DNA of 64,000 nt from an uncultured Nitrospiraceae bacterium (GCA_963706325.1 CAVPLT010000004.1:832001-896000), one strand, 5' to 3'; counted from the stretch's first letter, positions 1-10,010 are shown. The notes: generated by a model not told the origin, from the letters alone. Made by a program: numbers and translations.

Positions 1-1161
1 ACAACACACAATGGCATCCTCCGCGAGAAACTCATTCAGCGCCCGCACGACGACTTGTGGTTTGAGAGGACGGTCCATGCGCGTGCCGCGCTCCTCCATC
101 AACTCATTCCACTGCCTCACTTTGTCTTGTGTGAATTCCAGAAAGCGGCGATCTGATTTTTTGTCCAAAAGAGGCAGCAATGCGCGGAGCACATCCCAGC
201 ACTGTCCCACCAGCCCGACTTCGATCGGATAGCGGAGGCCGATTCGGCTCGCGTCGAGATCAATTTGCACCGCTCGGGCCTGGCCCGGTTTTGGATAGAA
301 CTCCAAATAGGGAAAGCTGCTGCCGGCGATGATGAGGGTATCGCAGCGTTCCAGCGCTTCCTGAGAGGGAGCCGTTCCGAGCAGGCCGATGCCGCCGGTG
401 GTCAAGGGGTGATCGTCCGGGACGAGGCCTTTTCCAAGAAGCGGTTTGACAATCGGAGCGCCCAGCAGTTCCGCCAGCTGCAGGATTTCATGTTTCGCAC
501 CCAGACAGCCTCGGCCGGCCAAGATCGCAATTTTTGACCCGGCATTGATGAGCGTCGCGGCCTTGTCGAGTAACGTGCGCGAAGGCAGAGGCAGGGGATC
601 GCTATAGAGGTCGCCGCTATGCCGGGGAATATTTGCTTTTGAACGTTCATCGTCCACGGTCCAGTCCTGCACATCCTTGGGAATCGTGATGTGCGCCGGC
701 GTGCGCCGGGAAATGGCCGTCTTGATCGCCATGTCGACCACGTTACCGACATGGGCCGGGCCCATGACCCGCTCGCTGTATGCGGCGACATCGCTGAACA
801 GCTTATTCAAATCGACATCTTGTTGGTAATGCGTACCGCTTAGGTCGTGGTACGTGTGCCCCGTGATCGCCAACACCGGTTGTCCGTCGCATTTGGCATC
901 GTATAAACCGTTGAGAAGGTGGATGCCTCCGGGTCCGGAGGTGGCCAGGCACACCCCGAGCCTCCGGGTAAACTTCGCATAGCCACAGGCCGCGAGGGCG
1001 GCGGATTCTTCATGCCGCACGAGGATCAGTTTGATGCGGTCTTGCCGCGTGCGAAGGGCCTCATAAATCCCATTGATCCCGTCTCCTGGCAGGCTGAACA
1101 CGGTATCTACACCCCAATCGATCAACCGCTCAATCAAAATATCGGCCACAGTCTTCGGCAT
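1..1161 (-). CDS. Thiamine-pyrophosphate-dependent enzyme, pyruvate oxidase/dehydrogenase (PoxB-like); runs off the window edge
   Basis: Manual translation from ATG at 1161 (GGGAG RBS upstream): MPKTVADILIERLIDWGVDTVFSLPGDGINGIYEAL...VRHEESAALAACGYAK...CLATSGPGGIHLLNGLYDAK, the typical TPP-enzyme N-terminal motifs. Absent from the ORF track because it has no stop inside the window. Confidence 0.9.
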   Translation of the reverse strand, partial: MPKTVADILIERLIDWGVDTVFSLPGDGINGIYEALRTRQDRIKLILVRHEESAALAACGYAKFTRRLGVCLATSGPGGIHLLNGLYDAKCDGQPVLAITGHTYHDLSGTHYQQDVDLNKLFSDVAAYSERVMGPAHVGNVVDMAIKTAISRRTPAHITIPKDVQDWTVDDERSKANIPRHSGDLYSDPLPLPSRTLLDKAATLINAGSKIAILAGRGCLGAKHEILQLAELLGAPIVKPLLGKGLVPDDHPLTTGGIGLLGTAPSQEALERCDTLIIAGSSFPYLEFYPKPGQARAVQIDLDASRIGLRYPIEVGLVGQCWDVLRALLPLLDKKSDRRFLEFTQDKVRQWNELMEERGTRMDRPLKPQVVVRALNEFLAEDAIVCC

Positions 1162-1171
1162 AAGGCTCCCT

Positions 1172-2353
1172 TCAGTGAACTGGGGATGACGTCTCAGCGG
1201 CGTTGCTCACGAGCCGGGGGACGATCAATTCCTGAGCGAGAATTTTTAGACAGGCAGCGACAGGAATCGCGAGCAGAAGACCATAAAACCCGCCCAGTGC
1301 GCCGCCGATAAAGACGACGATGAGCACGGTCACCGCGTTCATATCCATGGATTGGCTCTGCACCCATGGTGTCAGCAGCCAGCTTTCAATGAACTGCACC
1401 ACCAGGTACGCCAGAGAAGGCCAGACGACGATCGTCAGCAGTTCAAAGCTCCCCGCGCCTGACAACATATCTAAATATTTGAGGACTATCGCCAAAGGCC
1501 ATCCTATGAGGGACGCATAGGGAATAATAGTGAGGATGCCCGTGATTAGACCCAACAAGAACCAATATCGTATCCCGGTCAGCGCCCATCCGAGCGAATA
1601 CAGGATGCCCGACCCCAGTGCGATGGTCAGTCGACCTCGAAAAAATCCGCTGACGGCCATATCCATTCGATGCGTGATTCGTCGCACTCGGGAACGATAA
1701 GCCAGGGGCACATACCGCTTCAGTTCGGTGAGCGCACTGTCGAACTGCCAGGCAAAGAAGAAGAAATAGATCGGGACGAGGGCGAGGGCCAGGAGGATCG
1801 CGCTCGTGGTGCCGATGACCGCCCCCATCACCCCGAACGCCTGTCCGGTGCTGGAAAAAATCGGGTTGAGAATGGAGAGGGGGTCTTCTTTGAGGCTCGT
1901 AGCAATAGTGGATAGAGGCTTGGAGAAATCGCCGAGACTGAGATTGTATTGCTGGGCGATACTCTGCAGATAGCCCGGCACGCGTTCCGCAAGCGACTGG
2001 ATCTGTTCGGCAAGCAGCGGGCCCAACCATGTCACGAAGCCTCCTAGGACGAGGGCGGCGAGCAGCAGCACGATGGAAATAGAAACGGGCCGGGGAATTT
2101 TCCACTGTTTCTCCGCTTGCCTGATCAAGGGATTGCACAAGTAGGCCAACAAGAGCGCAATCAGAATGGGCGTGAAGACGCCGCGCAAGTAATAACCAAA
2201 CCAGAGTAGAAAAGCGATTCCTCCCGTCCACAGCAAGTCTCGGATCGGTGTGATTTCCCACAGGTGGCGGTCGGCGCAAGGATTGGCAGGCGTGGCCGTA
2301 GTTCGCGCCGGGCTGTCGCCATGGGTCAGCACATCGGAGTAGTCGGGTATCAT
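1172..2353 (-). CDS. AI-2E family transporter (PerM-like)
   Basis: 393 aa, multi-TM; motifs PILIALLLAYLCNPLI, GFFRGRL, IIPY, VQFIESWLLTP, GGALGGFYGLLLAIPVAA. Confidence 0.9.
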   Translation of the reverse strand: MIPDYSDVLTHGDSPARTTATPANPCADRHLWEITPIRDLLWTGGIAFLLWFGYYLRGVFTPILIALLLAYLCNPLIRQAEKQWKIPRPVSISIVLLLAALVLGGFVTWLGPLLAEQIQSLAERVPGYLQSIAQQYNLSLGDFSKPLSTIATSLKEDPLSILNPIFSSTGQAFGVMGAVIGTTSAILLALALVPIYFFFFAWQFDSALTELKRYVPLAYRSRVRRITHRMDMAVSGFFRGRLTIALGSGILYSLGWALTGIRYWFLLGLITGILTIIPYASLIGWPLAIVLKYLDMLSGAGSFELLTIVVWPSLAYLVVQFIESWLLTPWVQSQSMDMNAVTVLIVVFIGGALGGFYGLLLAIPVAACLKILAQELIVPRLVSNAAETSSPVH

Positions 2354-2386
2354 AGGGTTGTCCAGTTCTGGCCCTGTGTCCCAGTG

Positions 2387-3340
2387 CTATGCATCGGCGC
2401 TCCGGTTCTTGCTCCGCGCGGCGCGAAGGGCTGAGGCCGCCTGTTCGATCTGGGCATTGATTTCTCCACCAAGCAACATCACGACCCCGGTCAGATAAAG
2501 CCACAACATGAGCACGATCACACCTGCAAGAGAGCCATAGGCGGCGTTATAATTCCCAAAATTATCGACATAGGTTTTGAACCCGAGTGAGACGCATACC
2601 CATAGCGACGCGGCGCAGACTGAACCCGGCGTCACCCAGCGCCAGTCTTGCTCGACATTCGGGCAGATGAAATAAATAATCGCCAGGGCCAAGAGCATCA
2701 GCGACACCGCAAGCGGCCATTGCAACAGGTTCCAGGCGATGAGGAACAGCCATCCCAGACCGACGACATCGGAAATCCATTCACCGATGCGAGCGCCGTA
2801 GAGGATCAACGTCATGGAGATGATGATAAAACCGGCGAGCCCGATTGTCAGAAGCGTTGCGATGACCCGCACTTTCCAGTAGGGCCTGGTTTCTTCCGCG
2901 CCATACACGACATTCAGCGCTTCCATAATGGCCGTGACTCCGGTGGACGAAGCCCAGAGTGCCCCCAGGAGACCCAGCGAGAGGATGTCGCCTCCACTGC
3001 CACTGACCACGTTATCCAGGTATCGCTCAAGCAAAGACAAGGCGTCGGACGGCAAGACGGTGCGAAGATACGTCATGAGCTCCGGCATGACCTGCTTGAG
3101 CGGAAATAATCCCAGGAACGCCGTCAAGAACAACAATGCCGGAAACAGTGCCAGTAAAAAATAATAGGCCAACTGTGCTGCTCGGCCGAGGATCTCGTCC
3201 TTCTCACTCTCTTGCCAGAGACGCTGTCCGAAATCTTTCCAGCTGAGCCCGCCGAGCTTCCACGGGTTCAAACGCGGCGACTGACTGGTGAGGGAAGCGG
3301 ACACAGAACCCTCGGAAGCAAGGTCGGTGAAAATAGGCAT
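2387..3340 (-). CDS. YihY/virulence factor BrkB family membrane protein
   Basis: AAQLAYYFLLALFP, ALNVVY, YNAAYGSLAGVIVLMLWLY...GGEIN. Confidence 0.92.
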   Translation of the reverse strand: MPIFTDLASEGSVSASLTSQSPRLNPWKLGGLSWKDFGQRLWQESEKDEILGRAAQLAYYFLLALFPALLFLTAFLGLFPLKQVMPELMTYLRTVLPSDALSLLERYLDNVVSGSGGDILSLGLLGALWASSTGVTAIMEALNVVYGAEETRPYWKVRVIATLLTIGLAGFIIISMTLILYGARIGEWISDVVGLGWLFLIAWNLLQWPLAVSLMLLALAIIYFICPNVEQDWRWVTPGSVCAASLWVCVSLGFKTYVDNFGNYNAAYGSLAGVIVLMLWLYLTGVVMLLGGEINAQIEQAASALRAARSKNRSADA

Positions 3341-3498
3341 GTTAAAGCAGCGGCGCTAGCCTTTGAGCCGATGGCTCATCTAGAGGCCGCACCGGTGGCT
3401 GCTGTTTTGACATCCCTATGACCCATAGCCAGTGCGGACCCTACTGCCCCGTGTCGGTGTGATTCGACCCCTACGACGAAGAAAAGGGGTCAGCGCAG

Positions 3499-4203
3499 TT
3501 ATAGGGTCCTCGCAGATTGGTGCTCCTGTGAGCCCGTACGCTGCCGCCCAGCCGGGGATGGTGGCCGCCTGCTCGGTGAATCCTTCTGCTTCTCAAATTG
3601 GGAGGACAGATTGACTCCGAGAGAACGCGCGATTTCCGGCACGGCTTTGCGGACTAGCTCAGTCAGCAGGGAACGACCGGCTTGCAGCAAGACCGCCTTC
3701 GCCTCCTCAGCCTCTTGGCCAAATTCCCGCGACATACTGCTCCATAGGCTTGGGTGGTGTGCGCTCTGGAACTGCGGTCCGGATGGATAATAATCATAGA
3801 CACCTTGTGCCTGGTCGGTGGTGGCTTCGGTCTCACGAGCAGAATCCGGCATGACCCTCGATGCCCGAGCTCGCGCGGGATAATAGGGATAGACGCCACT
3901 ACGCTCGGATCGCGAGCGTGAGTCCATTAAGCCAATGGCAAAGCCCGCGCATATAGCGCCGCCCAGCATGAGCCATGGGTACTCTTCGACCTTATGAATC
4001 GGATCCAATGCGGACTTGGTTTTATCGACCATCTGGTTGACGGTTTCGGTGGTGTCCTCCAGCATGCGGGAAAATTTCATCGTGGCTCCCTCCGCCGTAT
4101 CGATAATACGTTGCTCCAACAGCTCAAGCTTCTCTGCGATTGCCACTCGCGTGTCGACGATTTCTTTTACGTCCTGATCGATAGTAGTTGTTCTTTGATC
4201 CAT
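3499..4203 (-). CDS. Hypothetical protein, DUF3618-like N-terminal coiled coil plus one TM segment
   Basis: Likely start MDQRTTT (AAGGA upstream); EIVDTRVAIAEKLELLEQRI; VEEYPWLMLGGAICAGFAIG; lies downstream of a holin-X-like gene, as is typical. Confidence 0.65.
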   Translation of the reverse strand: MDQRTTTIDQDVKEIVDTRVAIAEKLELLEQRIIDTAEGATMKFSRMLEDTTETVNQMVDKTKSALDPIHKVEEYPWLMLGGAICAGFAIGLMDSRSRSERSGVYPYYPARARASRVMPDSARETEATTDQAQGVYDYYPSGPQFQSAHHPSLWSSMSREFGQEAEEAKAVLLQAGRSLLTELVRKAVPEIARSLGVNLSSQFEKQKDSPSRRPPSPAGRQRTGSQEHQSARTL

Positions 4204-4574
4204 CGGATATCTTCCTTTATGGAATGAACGGTACGGAAAGGCCACAGCCGCAAGCTGGCCCCCACAGTGAACATGTTGTACAAAAAGAGACCGCTTAGCG
4301 CGGCAGTGACGACGGCCACTAGTCCATAACAAGCCCACAATGCTATGCCGGTCGTGGCGTGAACAAGGTGAACCAGCATCACGAGAAATAACCCTATAGC
4401 CACCAAGCTCAGCATGATACCGAGAGCAGCATGGAGCAACCCCCTGGCCGCCTTTCCTAGTTCGAACTGCATCTCGTGTTGAGCTAATCGAACCTCCTGC
4501 GAAACAAGTCGACGGAGATCCTCAACTAGCCCCGTTGCCAACGCTGCGATTGAAATGGGATGCGGATTATCCAT
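4167..4574 (-). CDS. Phage-holin-family (DUF1469/holin-X-like) two-TM membrane protein
   Basis: SIAALATGLVEDLRRLVSQEVRLAQHEM, two TM segments, C-terminal P.RT..SIKEDIRWIK; AAGGA RBS before ATG 4574. Confidence 0.8.
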   Translation of the reverse strand: MDNPHPISIAALATGLVEDLRRLVSQEVRLAQHEMQFELGKAARGLLHAALGIMLSLVAIGLFLVMLVHLVHATTGIALWACYGLVAVVTAALSGLFLYNMFTVGASLRLWPFRTVHSIKEDIRWIKEQLLSIRT

Positions 4575-4602
4575 CGCTGTTCCTTTATGCCTGTATCGCT
4601 TC

Positions 4603-4944
4603 TCAATCTGGACGGAACCGCGATAGCAAGTATCCACAACCGACCCCCACTAATAGGGTTTGAAGCGGATAGCGCCGGATGAGAACCTCGAGGTCTTCGA
4701 TAATGCCGCTCATCCCTTCACCCTTTAAGTAGTCGGCGGTTTGCTTGACACCCCGGGACATCGCGTCCGCAGCTTCGCCCATCATTCCACTGTCCGGCAA
4801 ATGCCGCCGAAGGGTTTCCCCTGCGGACCCAAGCGCCTCTGTTGCCTGCTCAGACAGGCCAGCGGTCGAGGCCGCGGTATCCTTTGCGGCTCTTTTGAGG
4901 GTCGATCCAACGGATTCATCCATGCTGAGTTTCTCCCGCTCCAT
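4603..4944 (-). CDS. DUF883/ElaB-YqjD-like tail-anchored protein
   Basis: C-terminal IRRYPLQTLLVGVGCGYLLSR, preceded by an amphipathic helical region. Confidence 0.7.
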   Translation of the reverse strand: MEREKLSMDESVGSTLKRAAKDTAASTAGLSEQATEALGSAGETLRRHLPDSGMMGEAADAMSRGVKQTADYLKGEGMSGIIEDLEVLIRRYPLQTLLVGVGCGYLLSRFRPD

Positions 4945-5046
4945 ACGATACCCCCATTTGCAGCTTGGTTTAAGACACGAGTCCGGTCGTGAATCTATTC
5001 CTGGCTATGTATGATCAGAGGATAAGGCGATCGCCCATTTTCCTGA

Positions 5047-5064
5047 ACTGGGCAAAGCCCTAGA
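5047..5064 (-). promoter_or_regulatory. Palindromic operator box (copy 1) followed 22 nt later by -10-like TATCCT
   Basis: Minus strand TCTAGG-GCTTTG-CCCAGT, upstream of the 4944 operon. Confidence 0.6.
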
Positions 5065-5152
5065 GGTCTAGTCGCCCCGACGCATCGACTCTTGTGGCTA
5101 CCTGTACTATCGCGGCGACAGAAAACATGTCAGCGATAGGATTCGATTCCAG

Positions 5153-5581
5153 TTATTCCAAATCTTTTGATGGAAGCGTTGCCAAAAGCGGAAACATGTC
5201 ACGTTCCTCCGTCAAAAAATGTGCGCGAACCGTCTGCATCATGTCTTCAAAAAATTCGTCCAACGCTTGGTCGTCGTCGGTCTCTGCTTGCTGCAACTCG
5301 GTCATCATGGCCTTGATTTCGTCATGCTCCAGCAGCGCTTCCTGTACGAAGTGACGACCCGGTTCGCTTGCGTGTTGAATGACACTGTAGAGCATCTCTT
5401 CCTCTGCCTTGAAATGCGCGGCGAGCTGATCCAGGATTTGATCCACAATAGGTTTTCGCGAGTCGGCTTCCGCGCTTAAATACAACTGAAAGAGAACCAG
5501 AATATGTCGATGCTGCTCCCGGACGGTTTTCTGCACGTCGTCGGCTCCTATGGCCGTGCCATAGTCTTTTTCGTGGATCAT
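5153..5581 (-). CDS. Hemerythrin (HHE) domain protein
   Basis: H...AHFKAEEEMLY...EHDEIK...AHFLTEERDMFP metal-ligand pattern; GGAGG RBS. Confidence 0.85.
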   Translation of the reverse strand: MIHEKDYGTAIGADDVQKTVREQHRHILVLFQLYLSAEADSRKPIVDQILDQLAAHFKAEEEMLYSVIQHASEPGRHFVQEALLEHDEIKAMMTELQQAETDDDQALDEFFEDMMQTVRAHFLTEERDMFPLLATLPSKDLE

Positions 5582-5655
5582 ACAAGGGCCTCCCTCGATG
5601 GCCGATGGTGACTCTATTCTCCAACCAGAATTTAGCAGTTTAAGACTGGGCGCTA

Positions 5656-5673
5656 ACTGGGCAAGACCCTAAT
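5656..5673 (-). promoter_or_regulatory. Palindromic operator box (copy 2) followed 21 nt later by TAAATT with upstream TG
   Basis: Minus strand ATTAGG-GTCTTG-CCCAGT, upstream of hemerythrin 5581. Confidence 0.6.
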
Positions 5674-5771
5674 CGTCCTATAGATCAAAGCGCGTTACAG
5701 GTGCAGCAGGTCAGCTAGATGGGTCACGCTTATCACGGGTGAGGAAACTATTCGTCAATCTCTTTCCGATC

Positions 5772-5800
5772 GGCAGGGGCTGCGGTAGGCAGCCCCTGCC
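5772..5800 (-). terminator. Perfect 12-bp GC-rich hairpin just downstream of the DUF4403 gene
   Basis: GGCAGGGGCTGC-GGTAG-GCAGCCCCTGCC, 6 nt after the stop codon; no clear U-tract. Confidence 0.5.
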
Positions 5801-5806
5801 TGGGAC

Positions 5807-7285
5807 TTACCGGGCTTCCTGTCTTGACAGAGTGCGGCTCCCACTATCCTCAATCGCGATATGGCCTTGGGCACTCGCCGTTCCCTGAAGCAAGATCGTG
5901 GCGATCAAGGCCTGGGGCGTCGAGTGCGCTTGATCGGGCTGTTGGCCTGTGACGAGGATGTCCATCGTCATCGACCCTACCGTGTGCTTTCCCGTCAGCG
6001 CCTGTTTCATCTGGTCAATTTGCGGTGAAAAGTCAGTAGTCACAGCCTGGCGAAGTTTAGTTCTTAATTCTCTATCCACCATTTGCCAATAGCCCACGCG
6101 GACAGAGTCAAGCGCCGCCCGCGATTCGTTGGCCATCTGGAGGTCAGGAATGGATAACGTTTTTCCGTTATCATCGAGTCGTGGAGTCCCCCAGTAATAG
6201 ATAGTGCCCTTTAGGTCGCCGCTGGTCTCGACCGCCAATAAAATACGACCGTTCGCATCTGTCGCGTTGACTTGTTCAATGATGGCGCTCTCTGTTCCGG
6301 AGCCATCTAGCACAATCGTTTGGTGAAACAGTTTGCTTTGCGCCTGATGACTAAGATTGGCGTACGGCAAGGGAATTTTGGCCAGGATCACGAACGGCTT
6401 AGAATCTGGCGAGGGCGTTCCTGAATTCACGAGCGCAGTGGTCGGTGGCGCTTCTGCGCATGATTGATCGAAACTGACCACCGGCATCTCCCTTGCAAAT
6501 CCCGAGATGATTGTCTCCTGGGTCGTCCCCCGTTGCTGCCCTAGTATCACCTCGCGTGGATTCCCGTATAAACAGGCCCGAGTGTTGAGTGCGGAGATTG
6601 GGACAGACAAGGGACCTCCGAGGTCGTCCCACAGGCGCTGAAATGGGATACTGAAAGTTTCTGGCTGAACCGACTCCGCCAGGGCGCTCTTCGCATCCGA
6701 GATGGAGAACAGTTCAGGCAACTGATCTTTGACGGGAATGTTGAACATATTACACCGGGCGTCGCTCTCGGGCTTCAGGCCGACGGCGGTCTGTCCCGGT
6801 TCAAAACCGAACGCCACGGATTCGCGGTCTTGCAACAGCACCAGTTTCCCTGTCGCGTCTAAGGTCGAGTAGACCGGATCCAGTCGGCAGGTCCCAGCTC
6901 CGCCTCGGGTTTCGATAAACCCTTTATACTCAGCATGCACCGCGACCAGGCCATCCTGGATCCGAACTTGGGGTGGGCCATTGCGAACAAAGGTCCATCT
7001 GAAATCCTTCTCCAGCGCATGTCCCGTTTCCGTGAAGCGCTCGGGGATTGCGTCCCGGATAGCAGTTTGCAGCGGGGTGAGGTCCGTTTTGATTTGTAAC
7101 GGCACCTGAGAAAGGGGGGCCTTGGGTTGTTCCTTGTTCATGGCCGCGAAAGATGGAACGGCGCTGGTGATGGGTGGCGGAACCGGCTTGGTTGCAGCCT
7201 GGGGAATGGTGTGGCTGCAGGCGCCGACGACGAAAACCATGGGCACAAGAGCCATGGTGATGGATCTTGAACGGTGTTGCATCAT
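5807..7285 (-). CDS. DUF4403-family lipoprotein
   Basis: Lipobox VVGAC; beta-rich 492 aa; GDLKGTIYYWGTP motif; AGGAGG RBS. Confidence 0.7.
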   Translation of the reverse strand: MMQHRSRSITMALVPMVFVVGACSHTIPQAATKPVPPPITSAVPSFAAMNKEQPKAPLSQVPLQIKTDLTPLQTAIRDAIPERFTETGHALEKDFRWTFVRNGPPQVRIQDGLVAVHAEYKGFIETRGGAGTCRLDPVYSTLDATGKLVLLQDRESVAFGFEPGQTAVGLKPESDARCNMFNIPVKDQLPELFSISDAKSALAESVQPETFSIPFQRLWDDLGGPLSVPISALNTRACLYGNPREVILGQQRGTTQETIISGFAREMPVVSFDQSCAEAPPTTALVNSGTPSPDSKPFVILAKIPLPYANLSHQAQSKLFHQTIVLDGSGTESAIIEQVNATDANGRILLAVETSGDLKGTIYYWGTPRLDDNGKTLSIPDLQMANESRAALDSVRVGYWQMVDRELRTKLRQAVTTDFSPQIDQMKQALTGKHTVGSMTMDILVTGQQPDQAHSTPQALIATILLQGTASAQGHIAIEDSGSRTLSRQEAR

Positions 7286-7402
7286 GAGCCTCCTTGAGAT
7301 CCGACCTGAATGGATTCCGCTAGTGACGCCTTGGGGCGTCTGTCCAGACTCTGAGCAAAACCGAAATCACTCGCGATATTTATCAATGCATGCTCCAGAG
7401 CC

Positions 7403-7717
7403 TTATGGCTGCTGGATTTGCAGATTGTTGTTCACGGTTCTCACGCCCTTGACATCACGGGCCACTTCCGCGGCTCGGCTCTTCTGATCAGCAGACTTCA
7501 CCACACCGTTGAGTGTGACGACCCCGCGTTCGGTATCGACGTCGATGCGGGAGAAGTTCGACAAGCGATCGGAGGTTAATTTGGACTGCACTGAAGCCGT
7601 GATGGTCGCATCATCAATGTTTTGCCCCGCGGTCTTTCCGGTCGTAGACTGACAACCCACGATCGAGAGACATGAGACGGCAAGAGCAATGCAAGCGAAT
7701 CGATTGATCATAGTCAT
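7403..7717 (-). CDS. BON-domain (OsmY-like) lipoprotein
   Basis: Lipobox IVGC; IDDATITASVQSKL...IDVDTERGVVTLNG...VKGVRTVNNNL; AGGAG RBS before ATG 7717. Confidence 0.92.
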   Translation of the reverse strand: MTMINRFACIALAVSCLSIVGCQSTTGKTAGQNIDDATITASVQSKLTSDRLSNFSRIDVDTERGVVTLNGVVKSADQKSRAAEVARDVKGVRTVNNNLQIQQP

Positions 7718-7745
7718 TCTCCTGCGAGGGATGAAAGCATATCGG

Positions 7746-8072
7746 CTATCCGCGTCGGGAAACGGCTTCAGCGGCGCCCTTTTCAACTGTCTGCGTGGTT
7801 TCATCCACGAACTCCCGGGCGGCTCGTCCTGCATTGCGAATGGCCTGCTTTCCACCCTCGACATACTCTTGCCCTCGCTCAACAGCCGTATCCCAGGCGG
7901 CGCGTCCTTGCTCCGTGGCCTCGTCCAATTCGTCCTTTGCTCTCGATGCGTAGTCGCGGAGAGACGTGCGAAGCTCCGATCCCGATTGAGGCGCTACTAG
8001 CAATGCGATGCCGGCACCAATAAATGCGCCCGCCAAAAACGCTGACCAATTAGAAGAATCTTGGGTTTGCAT
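7746..8072 (-). CDS. YtxH-domain protein
   Basis: FLAGAFIGAGIALLVAPQSGSELR; AAGGAGG RBS. Confidence 0.9.
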   Translation of the reverse strand: MQTQDSSNWSAFLAGAFIGAGIALLVAPQSGSELRTSLRDYASRAKDELDEATEQGRAAWDTAVERGQEYVEGGKQAIRNAGRAAREFVDETTQTVEKGAAEAVSRRG

Positions 8073-8185
8073 GCTCGTCCTCCTTTATCCCTGTGGACAT
8101 GTGCGATGGGTGATTGTGCTGTGTTGGCCTACCGGCTCGACAGCCGTTGTGTACCCACAGTCTAGCAACATGTCGGAAATCTCTA

Positions 8186-8203
8186 ACTAGGCAAGGCCCT
8201 AGT
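8186..8203 (-). promoter_or_regulatory. Palindromic operator box (copy 3, perfect arms) followed 21 nt later by extended -10 TGcTAGACT
   Basis: ACTAGG-CAAGGC-CCTAGT on the plus strand, upstream of the ytxH-BON genes. Confidence 0.7.
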
Positions 8204-8619
8204 CATGATGGATTGTGATCCCAGCAGGATGAGCCGAAGCTGGTGCATGCGATGTTGATGTGTCGCGCATTTTCGAGCTGGCATAGCTGTCAAGTACTAT
8301 ACGTAGTTGTGGTATCGGTTTCCGGTGCCCGTCGCATGTCTAGGTGAAAACTCCAGGTATGAGACTGTTCGGCCGATGGGCTCATGGCAGCCCGCACGGT
8401 GCTGCGTAGCGTGATATATCGGATCGATTCCGTGATCTTTGAGTTGATCCGTTCAATGAAGTGTGGGAGGATTGCCGACACACAATCGATGGGCTCCCTA
8501 TGCAGGCGAAAAGAGCCCTGCATGGTCAGCGCCATCGAGGGCAATTACAGAATGGCTCTACGAAAAGATATGCACTTTACACAGGCTGATTGATTGACTT
8601 AGCGGAGGGAGAAGAGCCG

Positions 8620-9030
8620 ATGCCGACAACGACGCAATTCGTGGTGAGTGGACAGAGCAAGCCAGGGGTGCTGGCCGAGGTGGCTGCGGTGCTGGGAGCA
8701 GCGGGGGTCAACATCAAGGCATTCTCGGCGCCAGAGGTCACCGGTCCGGGCAAGCTGCGGTTGATCGTGGCGGATGTCGATGCCGCGCGTATCGCATTGC
8801 GGAAATCCAAGATCAAGTTCCGCGAAGAGACGGCATTAATTTTGAGCTTGGAAAACAAACCGGGGGCGTTGAAACAGGTGGCGGATTCCCTCACCAGAGC
8901 CCGCATCAATGTGAAATGCGGGTATTGCACCCCCTCACGGGAAGGCAAGCGGGCCATTGTGGTGCTGACCGTCTCGAACACTACTAAGGCGCTCGGGGTC
9001 CTACGCACCCAATCACTGGATGAGTTTTAG
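8620..9030 (+). CDS. Tandem ACT-domain protein
   Basis: SKPGVLAEVAAVLGAAGVNI and ENKPGALKQVADSLTRARINV. Confidence 0.85.
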   Translation: MPTTTQFVVSGQSKPGVLAEVAAVLGAAGVNIKAFSAPEVTGPGKLRLIVADVDAARIALRKSKIKFREETALILSLENKPGALKQVADSLTRARINVKCGYCTPSREGKRAIVVLTVSNTTKALGVLRTQSLDEF

Positions 9031-9041
9031 TCCCTCTCACC

Positions 9042-9743
9042 ATGGAGGAGAAGAGGACAGACAGCCATCGTCATCTTCTTCTCCTCCTTCTTTTTCTCGC
9101 CGCATGGTTTAGTGGCTGCTCCGGCGGGAGCCCGGTGCGGCCGTCCTATCCGCCTGGTTACCCGCTGGGATATGTCGAGCGGGGGAGCGCCTCCTGGTAT
9201 GGGCCGGGCTTCCACGGTAATCGCACCGCGAACGGTGAGCGGTATGATATGCATCAACTGACGGCGGCGCATCGTACATTGCCGCTCGGATCGGTGGCTG
9301 AAGTGCGATCCTTGTCCACCGGCCGCCAGGTGACGGTGCGCATCAACGATCGAGGTCCATTTGCGCGTGGGAGAATTCTGGATTTATCCTTTGCCGGCGC
9401 CCAGGCGATGGGCATGATCGCCCGCGGCACGGACGATATCGAGCTGCGCGTCATCCGTTACCAAGGAAAGGCCGGGGAATTTGGGGTCATGCGGGTCCAG
9501 GTTGGTTCATTTGCTGATCCGGCCAATGCGCGCGTCTTACTGGAGCGGCTGAAGGGGCGCTACCCAGGTTCGAGGGCGGTATCGGTCGATTTACCTGAGG
9601 GCCGTCGCTATCGGGTCTATGCCGGTCAGTTCCAGACGGAGTCTGCGGCTGAGCAGGCTGCGGCTCAGCTAAGAAGGAGCTTGGATACCGATCCGTTTAT
9701 CATCCGGGATGACACTGAGAGACTCACGACAGGGGATCCATAA
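9042..9743 (+). CDS. rlpA: Septal ring lytic transglycosylase RlpA (DPBB + SPOR lipoprotein)
   Basis: ASWYGPGFHGNRTANGERYDMHQLTAAHRTLP, VRINDRGPF, C-terminal VQVGSF SPOR domain; lipobox FSGC. Confidence 0.93.
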   Translation: MEEKRTDSHRHLLLLLLFLAAWFSGCSGGSPVRPSYPPGYPLGYVERGSASWYGPGFHGNRTANGERYDMHQLTAAHRTLPLGSVAEVRSLSTGRQVTVRINDRGPFARGRILDLSFAGAQAMGMIARGTDDIELRVIRYQGKAGEFGVMRVQVGSFADPANARVLLERLKGRYPGSRAVSVDLPEGRRYRVYAGQFQTESAAEQAAAQLRRSLDTDPFIIRDDTERLTTGDP

Positions 9744-10010
9744 GGGCGACGGCCTGAAAGTACACAACAGAAAGGCCTGATTTGGTGATTCGATATCCCG
9801 CAGGTGGAAGTACTGTAACCCTTGATGCGCCTCGCTGCCTATGCTATCTGTAGAGCTGATGGATGACAGTGACCCGAGAAGACCGTTTCCCGTCATCTTC
9901 CCACGCTCCAGGGTAAGCCTTGCAAATCGGACCACGGGCTCCGAATTGATCCAAGGATCCGTCAGTTACACCCATTACTGCGTCCGGCTCTTACACCCTC
10001 AATAGGTCTT

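Noticed and set aside
1443..2504. Long alternative-frame and antisense ORFs (e.g. 1443..2504, 13310..14053, 47621..48481, 48205..49596)
   Set aside because: They overlap well-supported genes, carry no recognisable motifs, and are expected shadows in GC-rich DNA.
3428..3445. Half-matching operator boxes (3428-3445, 34992-35009, 37870-37887)
   Set aside because: Only one arm matches and there is no -10-like hexamer at 21-22 nt.
4167..4574. Holin-family gene as evidence of a prophage
   Set aside because: No phage genes nearby; this family normally sits with DUF883/DUF3618 in chromosomal stress clusters.
8290..8593. Short ORFs between ytxH and the ACT gene
   Set aside because: No convincing RBS or motif on either strand.
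9859..10005. 48-codon uORF, or a riboswitch, before the CNNM gene
   Set aside because: No RBS, out of frame with the gene, and no riboswitch consensus I can recognise.
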